DNA of 64,000 nucleotides from Lobosporangium transversale (taxonomy: Eukaryota), in NCBI RefSeq assembly GCF_002105155.1, contig NW_019028990.1:372001-436000 (forward strand). Reading direction: 5' to 3'. The notes under the pieces were generated by a model. It saw only the letters and a list, made by a program, of their open reading frames with translations. It had not been told where the DNA came from and did not search any database. Shown here piece after piece: positions 14,750-27,880 of the stretch; the first letter of the stretch is position 1, and every line of letters starts with the position of its first letter. A program made the translations under genes and the position numbers.

Positions 14750-16353
14750 CCCCCTGTTGAAATGATATTAGGTACCTCTCGCGATCTCAAAAGCTGCAAG
14801 AATGCAGTCATACATGTTCTCGCACTATCAAAGAAACAGTATTTGTGAGTATAACCAGGGTCTTCCTGAATCCAGGTCGCAAAGTAGTGCAGCACCCAAC
14901 TTACTCGACACTTCTACGAAGTACGGAAAGGAACCCTGTACGGCCTTTGTCATCCAGAGCTGTAAATGTAATAAGGAGTCGCTGTGCCCTGGATGAGGGG
15001 CTCCCGTGTGGCGGAAACAATTTTGTAAATACCGCGTTGTCGACATAAGCGCTAGGGATTTTTTTAATTTTTTTGTGAGTATAAAGCAATAATGTCATTT
15101 GCCTTAATATAAATCATTGTATGTCATATTTGCTTACAATGTTTCATTGTCGTTAACATAGACCGCATGCAAGATTGCGGACGGCATCCAACCAAACTGT
15201 GAAATGCTTGTCTGAGTCCCGACTTCACTAAAAAACACCAAATAAAGTCTTTGGATTGGGATGTTGTCCGAAATATAAAAAGGTAAACAAAAGACATTGC
15301 TTTATCCAGAGCTAAAGCTTACATTTCTGGATATGCTTGATTATAAAGAACAGAAAGGGTTTGGATTGCTTCCCTTGATACCGATTTCTATCATGAAAAT
15401 CAATTTTTTTTTTAAGCCCGTGCCTAGTACGTGTCCAAAAGGAAGGCTACTCATACACATTAGAATACACGACATACTTTCTTGTCTCTGCAACGATGAC
15501 CGACTTGAATCAACGTGTTTTTTTGTATGTGATGTAAACTCGTCTCATAGTCAAATTCTCCAATGGTTTTGCAGGCCACTGCTCGGACTTTTTCATCCGG
15601 ATCGACTAATTTTTCAGAAAGTCCCTCTAAATGATCAAAAGCGATAAAAGAAACGCTATGTCAATGAAATATACTCACCCACTCCTTAGATTGTCATGCC
15701 ATGGGTCCATCGCTGAATTTATTGATCGCTTACCACTCAATTCTTTCGAAAGAGAGCCATGTGCTTTAATAATATTGACCAGTGATTCAATCCAGACGAT
15801 TCTTACTTGAGGAATCTTGTCATTGCGTCTATAAATATTTAAAATTGAAGGTCATGAGTTCCACTTATGGATGTATGTAAAGGAAACCATACAAGTACTT
15901 GTCTAATGCGCCCTTTACCTCTGCAACCATGTTTTCCATGTAGATTCGTATTGTGTGACTAATTGTGAAGTTTTCTCCGCAAACATTTCACCCAGTGATT
16001 TCGTGGCTAAGATTCTGATGGTAACATCTGTAAGCTAATAACTCAGAATGTTTGATTTTTTTTTTTTCTCACGATTAGCTTTATATACAAGCGATATTGG
16101 CAGAAGAAGTACCAAAAAAAGGGGGAGTTTTTTTTTATACCTTCAGCTCTTCCTCTAGTTGTGGGATAACATTTAGTAATAAGGCCGATGCTGCTTTATT
16201 CAGCTCGATCACCAATTGATGGACGGTCTTGAAGTCTGCCAATTCTTTAGCAGAAAGCTCTCCATTCCCTGCAACCGAAATGATGTCAGAGAAATACTAC
16301 AATGATGGAAATCATACGTCAGCATCACGTCCAAGCCAACATGCAAAGAACTG

Positions 16354-16386
<33 letters not shown>

Positions 16387-16572
16387 CCTCAACAGCAATG
16401 CGAGTCAGCATGAATTTTCCTTACTTGGAAAACATATCTTTGGAGTTTATCTGCACAGTTGTTGCCCAAATCACACGCTAGCCGGTAAGCCGCTGGGTTA
16501 TCGAACTAGAAACCAGCAAGAGCAAAGTAGTTAGTGAAGACGAAGCATCAAGCATAACCACTATTAAGGATG

Positions 16573-16606
<34 letters not shown>

Positions 16607-17572
16607 TAACTAAGCTGCCATACCTTTTGTTTATGAAGAAATTGGGCTAAAATGATATCGACGATTTCCTGTGGTAATTGCTCAGCCTCGTCAATAATAT
16701 GTTGAAGAAGTTCTGACATACAAATCTGTACATTTTTTGCTTGTTGCGGGCTAAAATAGTAGAATAGATCAGATGTTTTGTAGTAGTTTGTTTAGAGTTG
16801 TATCAAGTTTTCGCTTGGTCTCTATGGGATGATTCGCTTTTGCTAATACAAAACAATAGAGAACAAAAAACTGACCGAACGCTGTCAAAAATGCCCCTGA
16901 ATAGATCAATCATAAGATCCTTTGCATTCCTCAATTGGGTGATCAACACAATGCTTTTGACTGCAGATAATGACTCCAATAAGTAATAGTACATGCCAAA
17001 ATATGGACTTGAAGTCGTCGCAATATTCCTCAATTCGTTTACAAATAGTTCAAAGATGGCCTAAAAAAAAACAAAATAAGAAAAAGAATAATGGATGCAT
17101 ATAAGTTTGTGATAGCTTGACGATCATTACCGTCTTGTGCAAAAAAAAAAAAAAAAAGGGAGAGGGCTTTGTCCAACCTTGAGGGTATTATTGGTGTAAG
17201 GTGCATCCGGAGCATATAGACGAAGCATATCAGCAATACAACATGCGGTGTAAATTCTCACACCTTTATCTTTATGATTGATCAAGGGAGAGTCTGCTAA
17301 CTGTTTCGTAACCGACGAAAGTGATTTAGTATTGACAGTCTCCTGTTCCATGCTTTTCAGCTCTGCTTGAAGTTCCTATGATAAAAGAAAGTGAGAATTA
17401 ATGAAAAAAAGAAAAGAAAAAAAATCCGTATTAGAACCATTAAGTTGTTTTTCTCTTAACCTTGAAGACATTCATCAATGAATTCGGAATTTACTTTTAA
17501 CTTCTTGACGAGGTCAGTCGCGCTCCCTGCCAACCTCTGCTTAAATTGCAAGTCTTGATTTGATGTCACCAT
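11542..17572 (-). CDS. PDS5: Sister chromatid cohesion protein Pds5, many exons
   Basis: Exons encode LVKKLK, LINHKDKGVRIYTACCIADMLRLYAPDAPY, YYYLLESLSAVKS, LVDPDEKVR, HLRLNAARSVLKL, QDPVYRVR and ENISLIYHIA. ATG at 17572, TAA at 11544-11542. Confidence 0.93.
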
Positions 17573-17602
17573 GGCTAAAGTAGAGACGGTCGATGGTCAA
17601 AG

Positions 17603-17633
<31 letters not shown>

Positions 17634-17660
17634 CCTGATATCCGCCTTCAAGCTCAAAGG

Positions 17661-17768
17661 ACGCGTAAAATTGGTGGCCAAACGAAGTAGTCTTGTTTGT
17701 TTCCCTCATTAATTAAAAGGCAGTCCTCTGTGATCAAAAATAAAAACAACCGCCCAATACCAACGCGT
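17661..17768. promoter_or_regulatory. Two ACGCGT (MCB-like) boxes in the divergent PDS5 / tau95-N promoter
   Basis: ACGCGT at 17661-17666 and 17763-17768 within a 253-bp intergenic region. PDS5 is an MBF/G1-S target in yeasts. Confidence 0.5.
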
Positions 17769-17825
17769 AAGTACATGGAGTTATAAAAAAAAAGAAGCCC
17801 CATTCAACATTGTCTACATTACACT

Positions 17826-18943
17826 ATGAATACAACGCCAGAAGCAGAACCAGCTACAATAGAACAGGTGCCAGAAAGAAAGATATTTTCTATCGAATTT
17901 CCAGGGCACGTTCAGAACCTCGACAAGGCTATAGAAGCCCTAGGTGGTGAAAAGGCCATTACGAATGTTCGTTTTTATTTTTCTGCGTAAAGGACATCCA
18001 CGCGCTCAACTGTATCTAGAATAAATTATAATTTATTTGTACTATCACTTTCTGGTGTTTCCTTCCCCTTCATTGGCCCATGGAAAAAAAAAATAATCTA
18101 GGCATATCATGGAGGTGCTCCACTTGATCTGCGGTATAGAACCAAAGATCCCTTCTCAATACCAATTCATGGACAGACCATATCGACCGGAAACTTTTTA
18201 CTAAAGGCAACTCGGCGATATAAAGTCAAGTGTCAGCCAGGATCAAAACGGACACTTCCGCCATATCGTGCACCAACTGAGGCCGATGTTCCATATAATG
18301 AAGACGAAGAGCCAGAGTATAGTTTTGAGATAGTCGGTTCTATTCCAAAAACCACTCGCTTCGCAGGACTTGCAGATTTTCAGCATATCGTCGATCCAAG
18401 GGACCCAATCGTCCAAATCAAGTCAGATCTTCAGAATGTTGAGTGTAATGAATGGTTACTAAAAAAAAAAAAAAAAAAAAATATGCATATTTCTATACAA
18501 AGGTCTTCCCTACCTCATCATTGGCATGTCTACTAATCAAACTCATGCACTGCTCCTATCTTTAAAAAAAAAAAATGTCTAGATGAACATCTCATCTCAC
18601 TCCAGGTTGATAACAAAGATGCAACAGAGAATGTCATGACCATGCAAGTACTTCCTCCATCTGCTATCTCCAAAACAACCATTCCTAATGCTTACAGGTT
18701 AGTCGGAAGAAATGACCTTTTGTGTTCACTGCTTCGGTCAAATATATGATTATATGTAGCTTTTTGTATCTTTATACCTCGCTAATCGCTTTTTTTTTTT
18801 TTCCCCTTCTCATTTTCCCGACTTAGATACAAGGCTAGAGACAGGGACGATGTAAGTTGCTAATTGTTTGGGTGCCATTCAAGATCCTATATGATATAAT
18901 TTGATGGTGAGACATCTTGATATTAAATGTTGCATCTTTTTTT

Positions 18944-18992
<49 letters not shown>

Positions 18993-19112
18993 ATGATGGA
19001 AATTAGGGCGTCAAGGGCATTCGAGGGAGGAAACCAAAATCAAAGCATAATGCTCGACCACCAAATGCCTCAACATCCATGAATCCTGATAGTAATGAGA
19101 GTGATGGACTGT

Positions 19113-19114
<2 letters not shown>
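17826..19114 (+). CDS. TFIIIC tau95 (Tfc1/Sfc1/GTF3C5) N-terminal-domain-only protein. 5 exons (17826-17966, 18102-18444, 18583-18697, 18827-18851, 19007-19114), ~243 aa
   Basis: Not in the ORF track. Manual splicing gives SIEFPGHVQNLDKAIEALGG...LDLRYRTKDPFSIPIHG...TGNFLLK...TRFAGLADFQ. All introns are GT-AG and frame-consistent. Confidence 0.8.
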
Positions 19115-19143
<29 letters not shown>

Positions 19144-19226
19144 GTCTTTGTTGGGGAACAGGTAAAATAATAAAAATAATAATATACAGACTTTTTCAAG
19201 AGATGCTTTATTAAGGGATTACAGGG

Positions 19227-19325
19227 TTACTGAGGTTGTTGTTGTTGCTGGTGCTGGCTCTGTGGAGAAAACAATGGTGAGAGTAGGTTCATAATTTGCT
19301 GGCGCTGCTCACTTGCTGCATTAGG

Positions 19326-19360
<35 letters not shown>

Positions 19361-21232
19361 GCTGCTGCTGCTGCTGTTGTTGTACTTGAGCTTGGAGTTG
19401 CTGTTGCTGTTGCTGTTGTTGCAACTGTTGCTGCTGCTGTTGAAGGCGCAAGATGGTCGCTTGTGCTTCCTGAATCTGCCGTTGATAAGCGGCCTGTTGT
19501 TGTTGTTGTTGCTGATAGAGTTGTTGTTGTTGTTGCTGCTGAAGTAAAAGTTGTTGCTGGATTTGTTGCTGTCGTTGAAACTGAAGCATGGCTTCTTGTT
19601 CTTTCAACATTTGGGTTTGAACTGGATTTTGATGTTGTGAAGTGCCCATCACGTCCTGAAGCTCTCGTTGTTGCTGCTGATACCATGGAACTGTATTAGG
19701 CCCTGCATTAGTGTGATGACCAGGGCGCGAAGCAACTCCTGGACGTTGCAAAATTTTATATCCATCTTCTGGCTCATCATATCGGGGATTACGAGGCAAT
19801 GGAATGGGCTTTCGACGGTTGGAGGGACCCGAAGGAGTAGTGGATGACGATGATAGTTTAGGTGCATCATTCATGGCCGACGATGAAGCAGAGATATTGG
19901 CGGCCATGCCAGGGGCTTTCCGCTCCTTTGCTCCCCGCTTCTGAAAACGCTGTTGCTTTAACATCCGTTTATGCTCCATTTCCTTTTCATCATCGGAAAA
20001 CTCCAACTCCACCTCATCCACTTCTTCATCAAATTTGTTGCTGGCATCGCTTCCTCTTAATGCCTTGAGCGGTTCCGTGAATACGAATGAGCTGTATTCT
20101 GGTACAGAGTAAACGGTACAGCCTATGGTGCAAAGAGCTGGAATCTCACTAGCATTGTTGAATCGGATAGAGTATAGCGGTCTTGCTACTGGACCGAAGG
20201 TTTCAAAAATCTAGCAGAGTAGAATTGCAGCATTGTATTTAGATTAGCTAGAGGTTTATGAAAAGGAAAAAATAAAGACAGAAAGAAGGAAATGATAATA
20301 ATAATAACATACCTCTCCAAGAACCTCGCTTCCAGACTCGTCCTTCGGCTTCTTAATTGCAGTGATGGTCCCAGCATCTAAGACACGGACCTCGCCGCTG
20401 GATGCAGCCTGGACCACCAATACGCTGTCTACAATGGACATTATAGTGCCTATTGGCTCCAAAGTCGTATCCGGCCCTAGAACAATATCAGGTTTTTTGA
20501 CCACAGGAAGCTGAATAATTTCATTGGCGGTATGCAATACCTCTGCAGGCACTGCATCCTCTTCATCATCCATAGCGTCGATTTCAATCAATGCCTTCTC
20601 TCGCTCTTCGATCGTCATTGCTGAATATCTCGCGCTTACATCAACATCTGAATCTGAGTCTGAGTCTGATGAATCCCTAATATCATAAGATGTAGAGAAG
20701 CCATACATGTCAATATAGTTGATGCATTGAGTAAAGAAAAAGATAATAGACAGGCCAGCATTAAGGCTCTCTTTACTTACGGTTCGTCATCATCATCATT
20801 ATCACTCGACTCTAGGTCACTTGATTCATAACCATCCTCTGTGTCTTTCCCAGCTAAAGCAGCATCAATTCTTCCTTCAGTGGAATTCGTATTTTCTGTG
20901 GCTGTTAACGGTTCTACTTGGTCCATAGAAGAATCTTGATCTGATGAATGTTTTGGCTCTATGGCTGACTGCGGTGGAGTAAATGCTGGAACGGTGTGTG
21001 CTTCCTGATTAGCTATAGTTGTAGGCCCTGTAGGTGGTTTCTCAGAAGCTACAGTCATATGGCTGTCAAGATCCATTTTATTATTTGTTATTGTGGGTTG
21101 AACGTGTTCTATTGGTTGAGTAACTTGCGTCGGCTGTTCAGATACAGGATGCTGAATATTGACATGCCCTCCTTCCATGACTGTATCCTCCAGAACTGAG
21201 TTTTGTCTCTCACTTGTTTCCATGTCCATCAT
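19227..21232 (-). CDS. NAF1: H/ACA snoRNP assembly factor Naf1 (Gar1/Naf1 domain) with long polyQ C-terminus, 3 exons
   Basis: Acidic N-terminus, IGTIMSIVDSVLVVQA, LGEV..FGPVARPLYSIRFN, RGSDASNKFDEEV..ELEFSDDEKEMEHKR. Confidence 0.9.
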
Positions 21233-21435
21233 ATTATATGTAATTGAATATTTGTAATGTAAGGCGGAAGAATAGGAGAAAGAGAAGGACAAGAGATTTT
21301 TTTTTTTTTTTTTAATGACTGCTACTAGATGTGGCTTTCAGAGACAACACAGATACACGTGATAAACCATCAAGGCTTCACACTGTGAGCGGAGAACACA
21401 TGGATCTTAGTCTCTTCGGCATCAATCCATTCATC

Positions 21436-21885
21436 ATGCTCGCCATTAAACTCGCGCGCCACGGCGTTAAAAACACTCCCTTCTTCCATATTGTGGTTCT
21501 GCAAAGTCGTTCCAAGCCTACGAGGAAACCCATTGAGCAACTCGGCACTTTCAACCCGATTCCCGATAAGGATGGTACCAAAGCAGTAACACTGAACTTT
21601 GAACGCGCAAAGTACTGGATCAGTGTCGGAGCAAAGCCAAGCGATACAGTTGCCCGTATTCTCACCAAGGTACTGTGATGGAGCATTCTCTTATAATGCT
21701 TGCGCTTATATCCTGGGGTACAACACTTTACAATAGAAGGAAACGCTTGATTTTATCAGACTAACACTTTTTCACTCCACACTGCCCATAACACATAGGC
21801 CGATATCATCCCGCCAAAGCCCAGGCCTGGCATGCCCAATCCTAGCAACTCTACCCCTATTAGACCACCTACTCAATCTGCATAA
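21436..21885 (+). CDS. MRPS16: Mitochondrial ribosomal protein S16 (bS16m), 2 exons (21436-21669, 21799-21885)
   Basis: MLAIKLARHG...PFFHIVV...KPIEQLGTFNPIP...LNFERAKYWISVGAKPSDTVARIL. Confidence 0.92.
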
Positions 21886-22322
21886 TTTCATCATAGAACA
21901 TCCGTACATTACACTTGTTTTTTTTTTCCCCTTTTTTTGTTTTTTGTTCATTCTTTCACTTGTATTAAAATCAATTGCTATCACAACGGATCAACGGATG
22001 CTCAAAGGAAGAAACAGAATCTGGATATTATTAATTTCTAAAGGAATTGACGTGATCTTGAATAAGTGGTGGAGGGCATCCCTTCCAAAGGCTCATGATA
22101 TCTTGAAGTTGATCCAGGGGTATGATGGTTGTACCATTTTTGGAAAGTACAGACTTGGTTGGTGGCTTCTAAAGGGCTTCTTGGATCAAGATTATTTGTA
22201 TCGTCTGTTGCCTATGTGAATGTTTTATCAGTGAGCACTATTGAAACAGATGAATGCTGCATTTGCCTCTTTCGCACGGCTCTCGTTTCTCTACAAGAAA
22301 CTAAAGTATTTGCGAGCGTTTT

Positions 22323-22441
22323 TGTAGGCTCGTCACCAGCCAGCCTGAGGACGAAGTTCACGTGCACATGCACGTACTCAAAGGCAAATGTGGCTTGCTC
22401 TTGCAGACACTTCTCTCTCAGGCTGGGGACCAAGCTTGACA
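22323..22441. repeat. 119-bp imperfect terminal hairpin (TGT...ACA) at the element end
   Basis: tgtaggctcgtcaccagc(cagc)ctgaggacgaagt pairs imperfectly with acttctctctcaggctggggaccaagcttgaca. Perfect core ccagcctgag/ctcaggctgg. Internal acgtgca-ca-tgcacgt palindrome. Confidence 0.7.
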
Positions 22442-22834
22442 TTTTGGCTGGAGGTCTCTTTTTTTAAATTTGAAAAAGTTTCCAAGTCGAAAACACGCCG
22501 CAGGAAAGGCTCTTTTTTTCTGCCATTCTCGCTGCAGAAAATGGCTTTTTTTTTTTCAAAGTCCAGACTAGGATATTGATTTGATCGAGAACGAACGAGG
22601 AATGAGAAAAAAGAATGGTATATTTCGCGTAAAAAGAGTCATCATGCTCTAATTAATCAATTATTTACCTTTAATTAAGATAGTGTGCTTAATAAGGTCA
22701 GAGAGATGGAAACGAGGATTGTGGAGTAGATCAAATGTTAGAATAATAAAATGTTAGAATAATAGATGGCAATGCAGATGATGGAAACAAGAGACGATTG
22801 GTAAAAATGAGGCTAGTGATTTGGGTGTGTGTGT

Positions 22835-23390
22835 AGGACCGTTTAAAAAGCGCCATCCGTTTGTCAAAAGGGCAAGTGGATAGTGATGGCTTCGTTCATA
22901 AAGGATGAACGATTGTAAAGGATACTCAATAGATGTGGTATTTTCATTACAGACAAAATTCCTTTCACTTGATTGACATTCGACTCTTTTCTTCATGCTT
23001 GAACCTCGGCGATCCTCCTGCATATGCGGTATTGATGCGAGTTTTTATGACATGCTGTCCCGCATGTTTTAAATATCTAGGTGTTGCCTTAACACTCTGA
23101 TCGTTGTTGATAACGAGCTCCTAAACTTTAAGCTTGACGTGTATGTCGCCTGGGACCATGGAACGGAGGAATGTGATATTGTCACTTTTCTCCGAGGTTT
23201 GATCGGTTTCTCTTCAAGCATGATCCAGTAAATATTATCAATCATCTCCTTGAATGATGCTTGCTTGATCGGATGCTCCTCTGATGTGACCTGGAATGGC
23301 TTGTCGGGCCCCAACACACAACTTATGGGTGGAAAGATAGGAATAGACAATAGAAACAACTTGCCACTTGCTTGAGAAAATTCTGATGCA
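22835..23390 (-). pseudogene. Decayed 3' fragment (REase part plus 3' flank) of a paralogue of the CRN gene
   Basis: GPDKPFQVTSEEHPIKQASFKEMID versus intact GPNELFQVTVSEKHPIKQAPFKEMID. Nucleotide similarity to ~25200-25830 continues past the stop codon. Frameshifted. Confidence 0.85.
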
Positions 23391-23894
23391 GCTGCGGCAA
23401 TCCGCTTGGTGTGGTCACTTCTCCTTGCTCAGGTTTATTGAATAGCGATATTTTAATTTATCTATTAGTGCTATATTACAAAACTGTGTCTGTGCCATTG
23501 TCATAAACAATGGCGAGTAAAAAGAAGTAAAAGAAGCGATCGCTACTTTTTCCTTGGTCCCTTATCCCTGCTTGACCTATTGGGCTTGTCGTCCTCCGCT
23601 TGCACTTTTTCTTTTATTTGATCCGCTGGGTTTGCTCAGCTCTTCCTTATTTTCCATAGCTGTAGCTTTATCGACAATTCACTTGATGTCCTCCTTGCCT
23701 GTGGTTCTTTGGGCTTGCTTCCTTCTCCCTCATCCCCCACAACTCGGGTCAATTCTGACTTCTTGAAGGACTCCCTTGCACTTTCAAGGAAGTTCAACAA
23801 GCTAATATTGAGTACGTCGTTTCTATTCGTTTGTCTTTGATGACAGGGGCTTCTTTGACTTTAGCTACCGAATAATCGTCCTGTTCGTGATAAG

Positions 23895-24775
23895 ACAACA
23901 TGATAAGGCAGCGTGATAAGTAAGGCCTAAACAACAGCAACAAGGATATGCCATTCGAGCAAAAGCCGAGAGAAGACGGTGATGAGAGGTGTTCTTTGAT
24001 GCAATTATGGCAAGTTGTATTGTGGGCATCCTTAATTCTTGACCTTATCGCCGATTTTTGATTGTACGGAACCAGGATAATATTTACCCTCCGATTCTAG
24101 TACAAAGACGATATCTGGTCCAGATGGGTTCTCTTTTGGAAACAAAAAAGAGCGAGATTAACTTGGATTCATGTATTGAGTCTTTGTTACAGTGAGTATC
24201 CAAGAATTCGTTCATTGTTATAATTCTGGAAGATTGAAATTAAACAAAGCGGGACTGAAATACTCAAAATGTGTGCCCTTTGTGCCAGACGTAGGGGAGT
24301 CATCGAGAACTTCTCGATATTCCTTGAAGCTTTGCCAGTTCTCTTAACCCAAGCAGGATCATAAATACAAAAGCCTATCCCGCAAGGAACTATGCAAATT
24401 CGTGCTAAATTCTCTGATAAACCCTCCAATCCATGAAAGAATGCTGATAATATTGGTCGCATAGTGTCGTCGTTATTAATAAACTGGTATTTAGCCTCCC
24501 CTCCCCACATCCTGCGCCTCGTTCAAAACAACCAAAAACATAGAGTTGCTTTGATGCCGCTCCGAAAGGACCCTGATTAGATTGTCGAACCAATCTTGCA
24601 GGAGCTTGTCAAGGCAATTAAAGCCAACTCCACCAAGCAATTCTGCTACTTTTGTGAAGAACGCTAGGAATAAATCTGTCCTGGATGGAACCGAGTTTCC
24701 TCAATGGACTTCTCCAAGGACCTGTGGACACACTTGCAATAGCATCCATTGGCTAGGCGTCATTCTACCTTCGGA
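23895..24775 (-). pseudogene. Decayed second-family CRN-type NTPase+REase cassette (mirror of 31920-32800)
   Basis: Reverse complement of 31920-32800. See that entry. Confidence 0.65.
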
Positions 24776-25363
24776 CAAGTAAAAAGGGTAAATTGGCCGA
24801 ACATACAACTAATATGATCTCATTGGCCACAGGTTGCCATCCCGTGCACGCGCACCATGGGGCTAAAACGACATTTATGTCTTTAGAGTGGAGCTGTCAT
24901 CCTAGCTCCCGGTAAACGTTTTGGCGCCCTGGATGATGATAATTGATAGGTCTTTCGCAAGTGGCAAGCATCCAGATGACAAAGCATACGAGAAAGGATA
25001 ATTTCCTATGCCAGCTGTCCTGGTGATAATAATATGGTTTTGGGTCTCATCATCAGACTCTCACTGGGTTCTCCACAGGATTCTTCATCTCTATCCGTTT
25101 TTACAAAACTCTTTGATAATAGTATCACAAAATCCTGCCTTTTCTTGCACACAAGATCGCATAATGATCACAGCTTTATAGTTCTAAATGCCCCAGTAGA
25201 AGGGAGGACGGATTAAACCGCTCTATTTATTCGTCTAGAAGGTAAGTGGATAATGATGGCTTCATTCATAAAGAATGAACCATTGTAAAAATTTCTCAAG
25301 GAATGGGTATAATGCTTTTTTTTAAAAAAAGACAAAATTTCATCCACTTGATTGGTATTCGAT

Positions 25364-27880
25364 TTAATTCTTCAGATTCGTACCGGCTGATCCTCCTGAA
25401 TATGCAGCTTCGATGTCGATTTTTATGACACGCTGTCTTACATGTTTTAAGCATTTATATGGCTTCTTGACGACCGTATTTCTGGCGGTAAGAAAGTTCT
25501 GAACTTTAAAATCGTTATATACGTCTCCTGGCACCACAAAATAGAGGAAAATATCATCACTTCCCTTCGACTTTGATCGGTCTCCCTTCGACTTTGATCG
25601 GTCTCCCTTCGACTTTGATCGGTCTCCCTTCGACTTTGATTGGTCTCCCTTCAAGCAGGGTCCAGTAATACAATCAATCATCTCCTTGAATGGTGCTTGC
25701 TTGATCGGATGCTTCTCTGATACTGTGACCTGAAATAGCTCGTTGGGTCCCAATGCAAAATCAATGCACGGAAATTTAGAATGTTCTGGTACAAACAACT
25801 TGCCAGCTGCTTGAGTGAGCCCTGATAATTCCTCTGAAGTCCGGATAAACACCTCTTCTGGATTTGCTGGAAAATCAAGAACTCCTGTTTCACCTGACTG
25901 GAGATCCCTAAAGGGAAATCTAATATCACCATGTCGAAATAAGCGATGAGCATAGATTTCAAACAGTGGGCCTTTAGCTATATCCTCTCCGCCTATGACA
26001 AGTCTCGCCAACACATCGACCCAAGTGTTATCTTTTATTTTGTCCATAATCTGTGATTCGACCCAACGAGATGCCCATACCAGGTGGAAGTGGAGGTGGT
26101 CAGAAGTAGGAACTCTATGGAGTAAACGACTAAATCCACTCGCATCTTTTCCTCGTGCAAAGAGCCTTAGAAGATTTGCTGGTTTCTTGAGTGTACTAAT
26201 GGCATCATTGACGCGGAATAACGCAGCTTCTTTAGCACGCTCAGTATTATTTTGATTTTTGGATAGTACATTGGCTGGACACTGTAGAACCTGTCTTGGC
26301 ACGCCCCCCAAGTAGTAAAAAAGCTCCTCCAAAAATGCTTCACTCACTACATGAAAAAACTTTACATTGGTTCTACATTCCTTAAGCTCAGCCAGACTCC
26401 AGAGTGACATATGATAGTAGTTATCTGGTGTATTTTCCTTGGTGAGTTCATCGTAATGCCCATAGAGAGTTCTTGGCGATGCTGAAAATATCGTCCTGGC
26501 TTTACCTGGTTGAGGATTTTTACCACTATCAACTAAATACCACGTTTCACGTTGGTCAAGGAAATCTTTGAAATCTACTCTCTCCCCATAACGTTGGCAA
26601 GTTGTTCCTCCATAAACATAACAACTGGTATGCTGCTCCTCTTGGAAAATAATAATCGGTGGATTTTCCTCATCGTGTTCGGCAAGGAGGCGGATGGCAA
26701 AATAGACCAAAAAGGCTGACTTCCCAATTCCAGGCGTTCCAGTGATAAAGAGGCGGTTCAAACGAGGTACTTCATGACGGGTACTTAATCCGGATGTAAT
26801 ATGGTCATAAAGCTCTTTATACTCATCTCTGATATAAAGATGCCTTGTTCCGGCAACAGGGAAGACACAACCCTCAGGGGCAGTCAATATTTTGGAATCC
26901 TTGATACCACCAGAATTTCGGAGCTCGCGAGCCACGCTAATAATGCTGTAGTAAATACTATCTACTGCTGTCTTCCCCATGTACGAAAGCAGCTTGACCC
27001 TCTCTTTCGAGTTTAGACGCGAGATGGCAGGCCTACCATCCACTATCCCTTTCGTTACAAGTCCTGCTTCTGTAATCGCGTCCATAAGAGTATCTCTATT
27101 CATGCTTGGACGAGCTTTTTTAGAGGGTGACTCTGATAAAGGAGATAGAGTGATCAAAGTCAATATTTTTGATTTATTGCACATCACTCTAAAATGATCA
27201 ATAACCAGATTCTCGGCCAAAAGCACTCACCAGAATCTCCATCTTGTTTTCTTTTCTGACCTAAGTATCAAAAGCGAATAATGAGAAAGAACGTTGAGTT
27301 ATCAAGACACAAACCAAATGGTGATATTATGCACATGGCCGTTTAAGATACAAACCAAGCTTCATCAGCTGAAAATATCAACAATCAGTCCATCAAGAGC
27401 CAAGGATATACCTCGCTGTGGTGGCTTGACAAAAACATGGATAGTTTCCTTTGGAAGTTCAGAGTTGAATATGTCCCCAAGCTCCCTTGATGCGACTGTA
27501 AGAGCCTCTTTTGACTCGATTTCTGACTCAAAGATGGCCTCGCCTTTGTCAGGGATGGAGACCTTGTAGAGGGTGAGATCTTTGGACTTAATGCTTGGAT
27601 CCACAGTAATATTGGGGTAGATTGCTTGCTTGAGCATCCCGACCGATTTATCGCAGAAAATCTCTACTGGGAACGACGTTGCTTCTCCCTCGACAACGCA
27701 GTTCAGCTGCAGCAGTGGGATGGCGCGCTTTTTTCGTTGTGGGCGCTGGTTTACTCTTTTTCGTTTATTGAGTATGGAGGCATCCTCAGGCTTATTTGCA
27801 GTCATTTTTATTTGTGCTTGGCTCTCTGTGGAATCATTTGCAGCCATGTTTTTTTGTGTTGAGCTCCTTGTGGTGGCCAT
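25364..27880 (-). CDS. Crinkler (CRN) family protein: ubiquitin-like header + P-loop NTPase + REase-fold nuclease. 3 exons (27880-27412, 27260-27231, 27132-25364), ~755 aa
   Basis: Header LQLNCVVEGEATSFPVEI...LKQAI...LTLYKVSIP...TIHVFVKPP. Walker A GTPGIGKS, Walker B-like WYLVDS, GGVPR, GPLFE, PCIDF...FQVTVSEKHPIK. Canonical splice sites join the 171-aa and 620-aa ORFs. Confidence 0.88.

Noticed and set aside
22323..22441. Hammerhead or HDV-like ribozyme (ctgagga; tggtccccagcct on the minus strand)
   Set aside because: There is no GAAA core after a stem II and no HDV nested pseudoknot that I could build. The inverted repeat explains the motifs.
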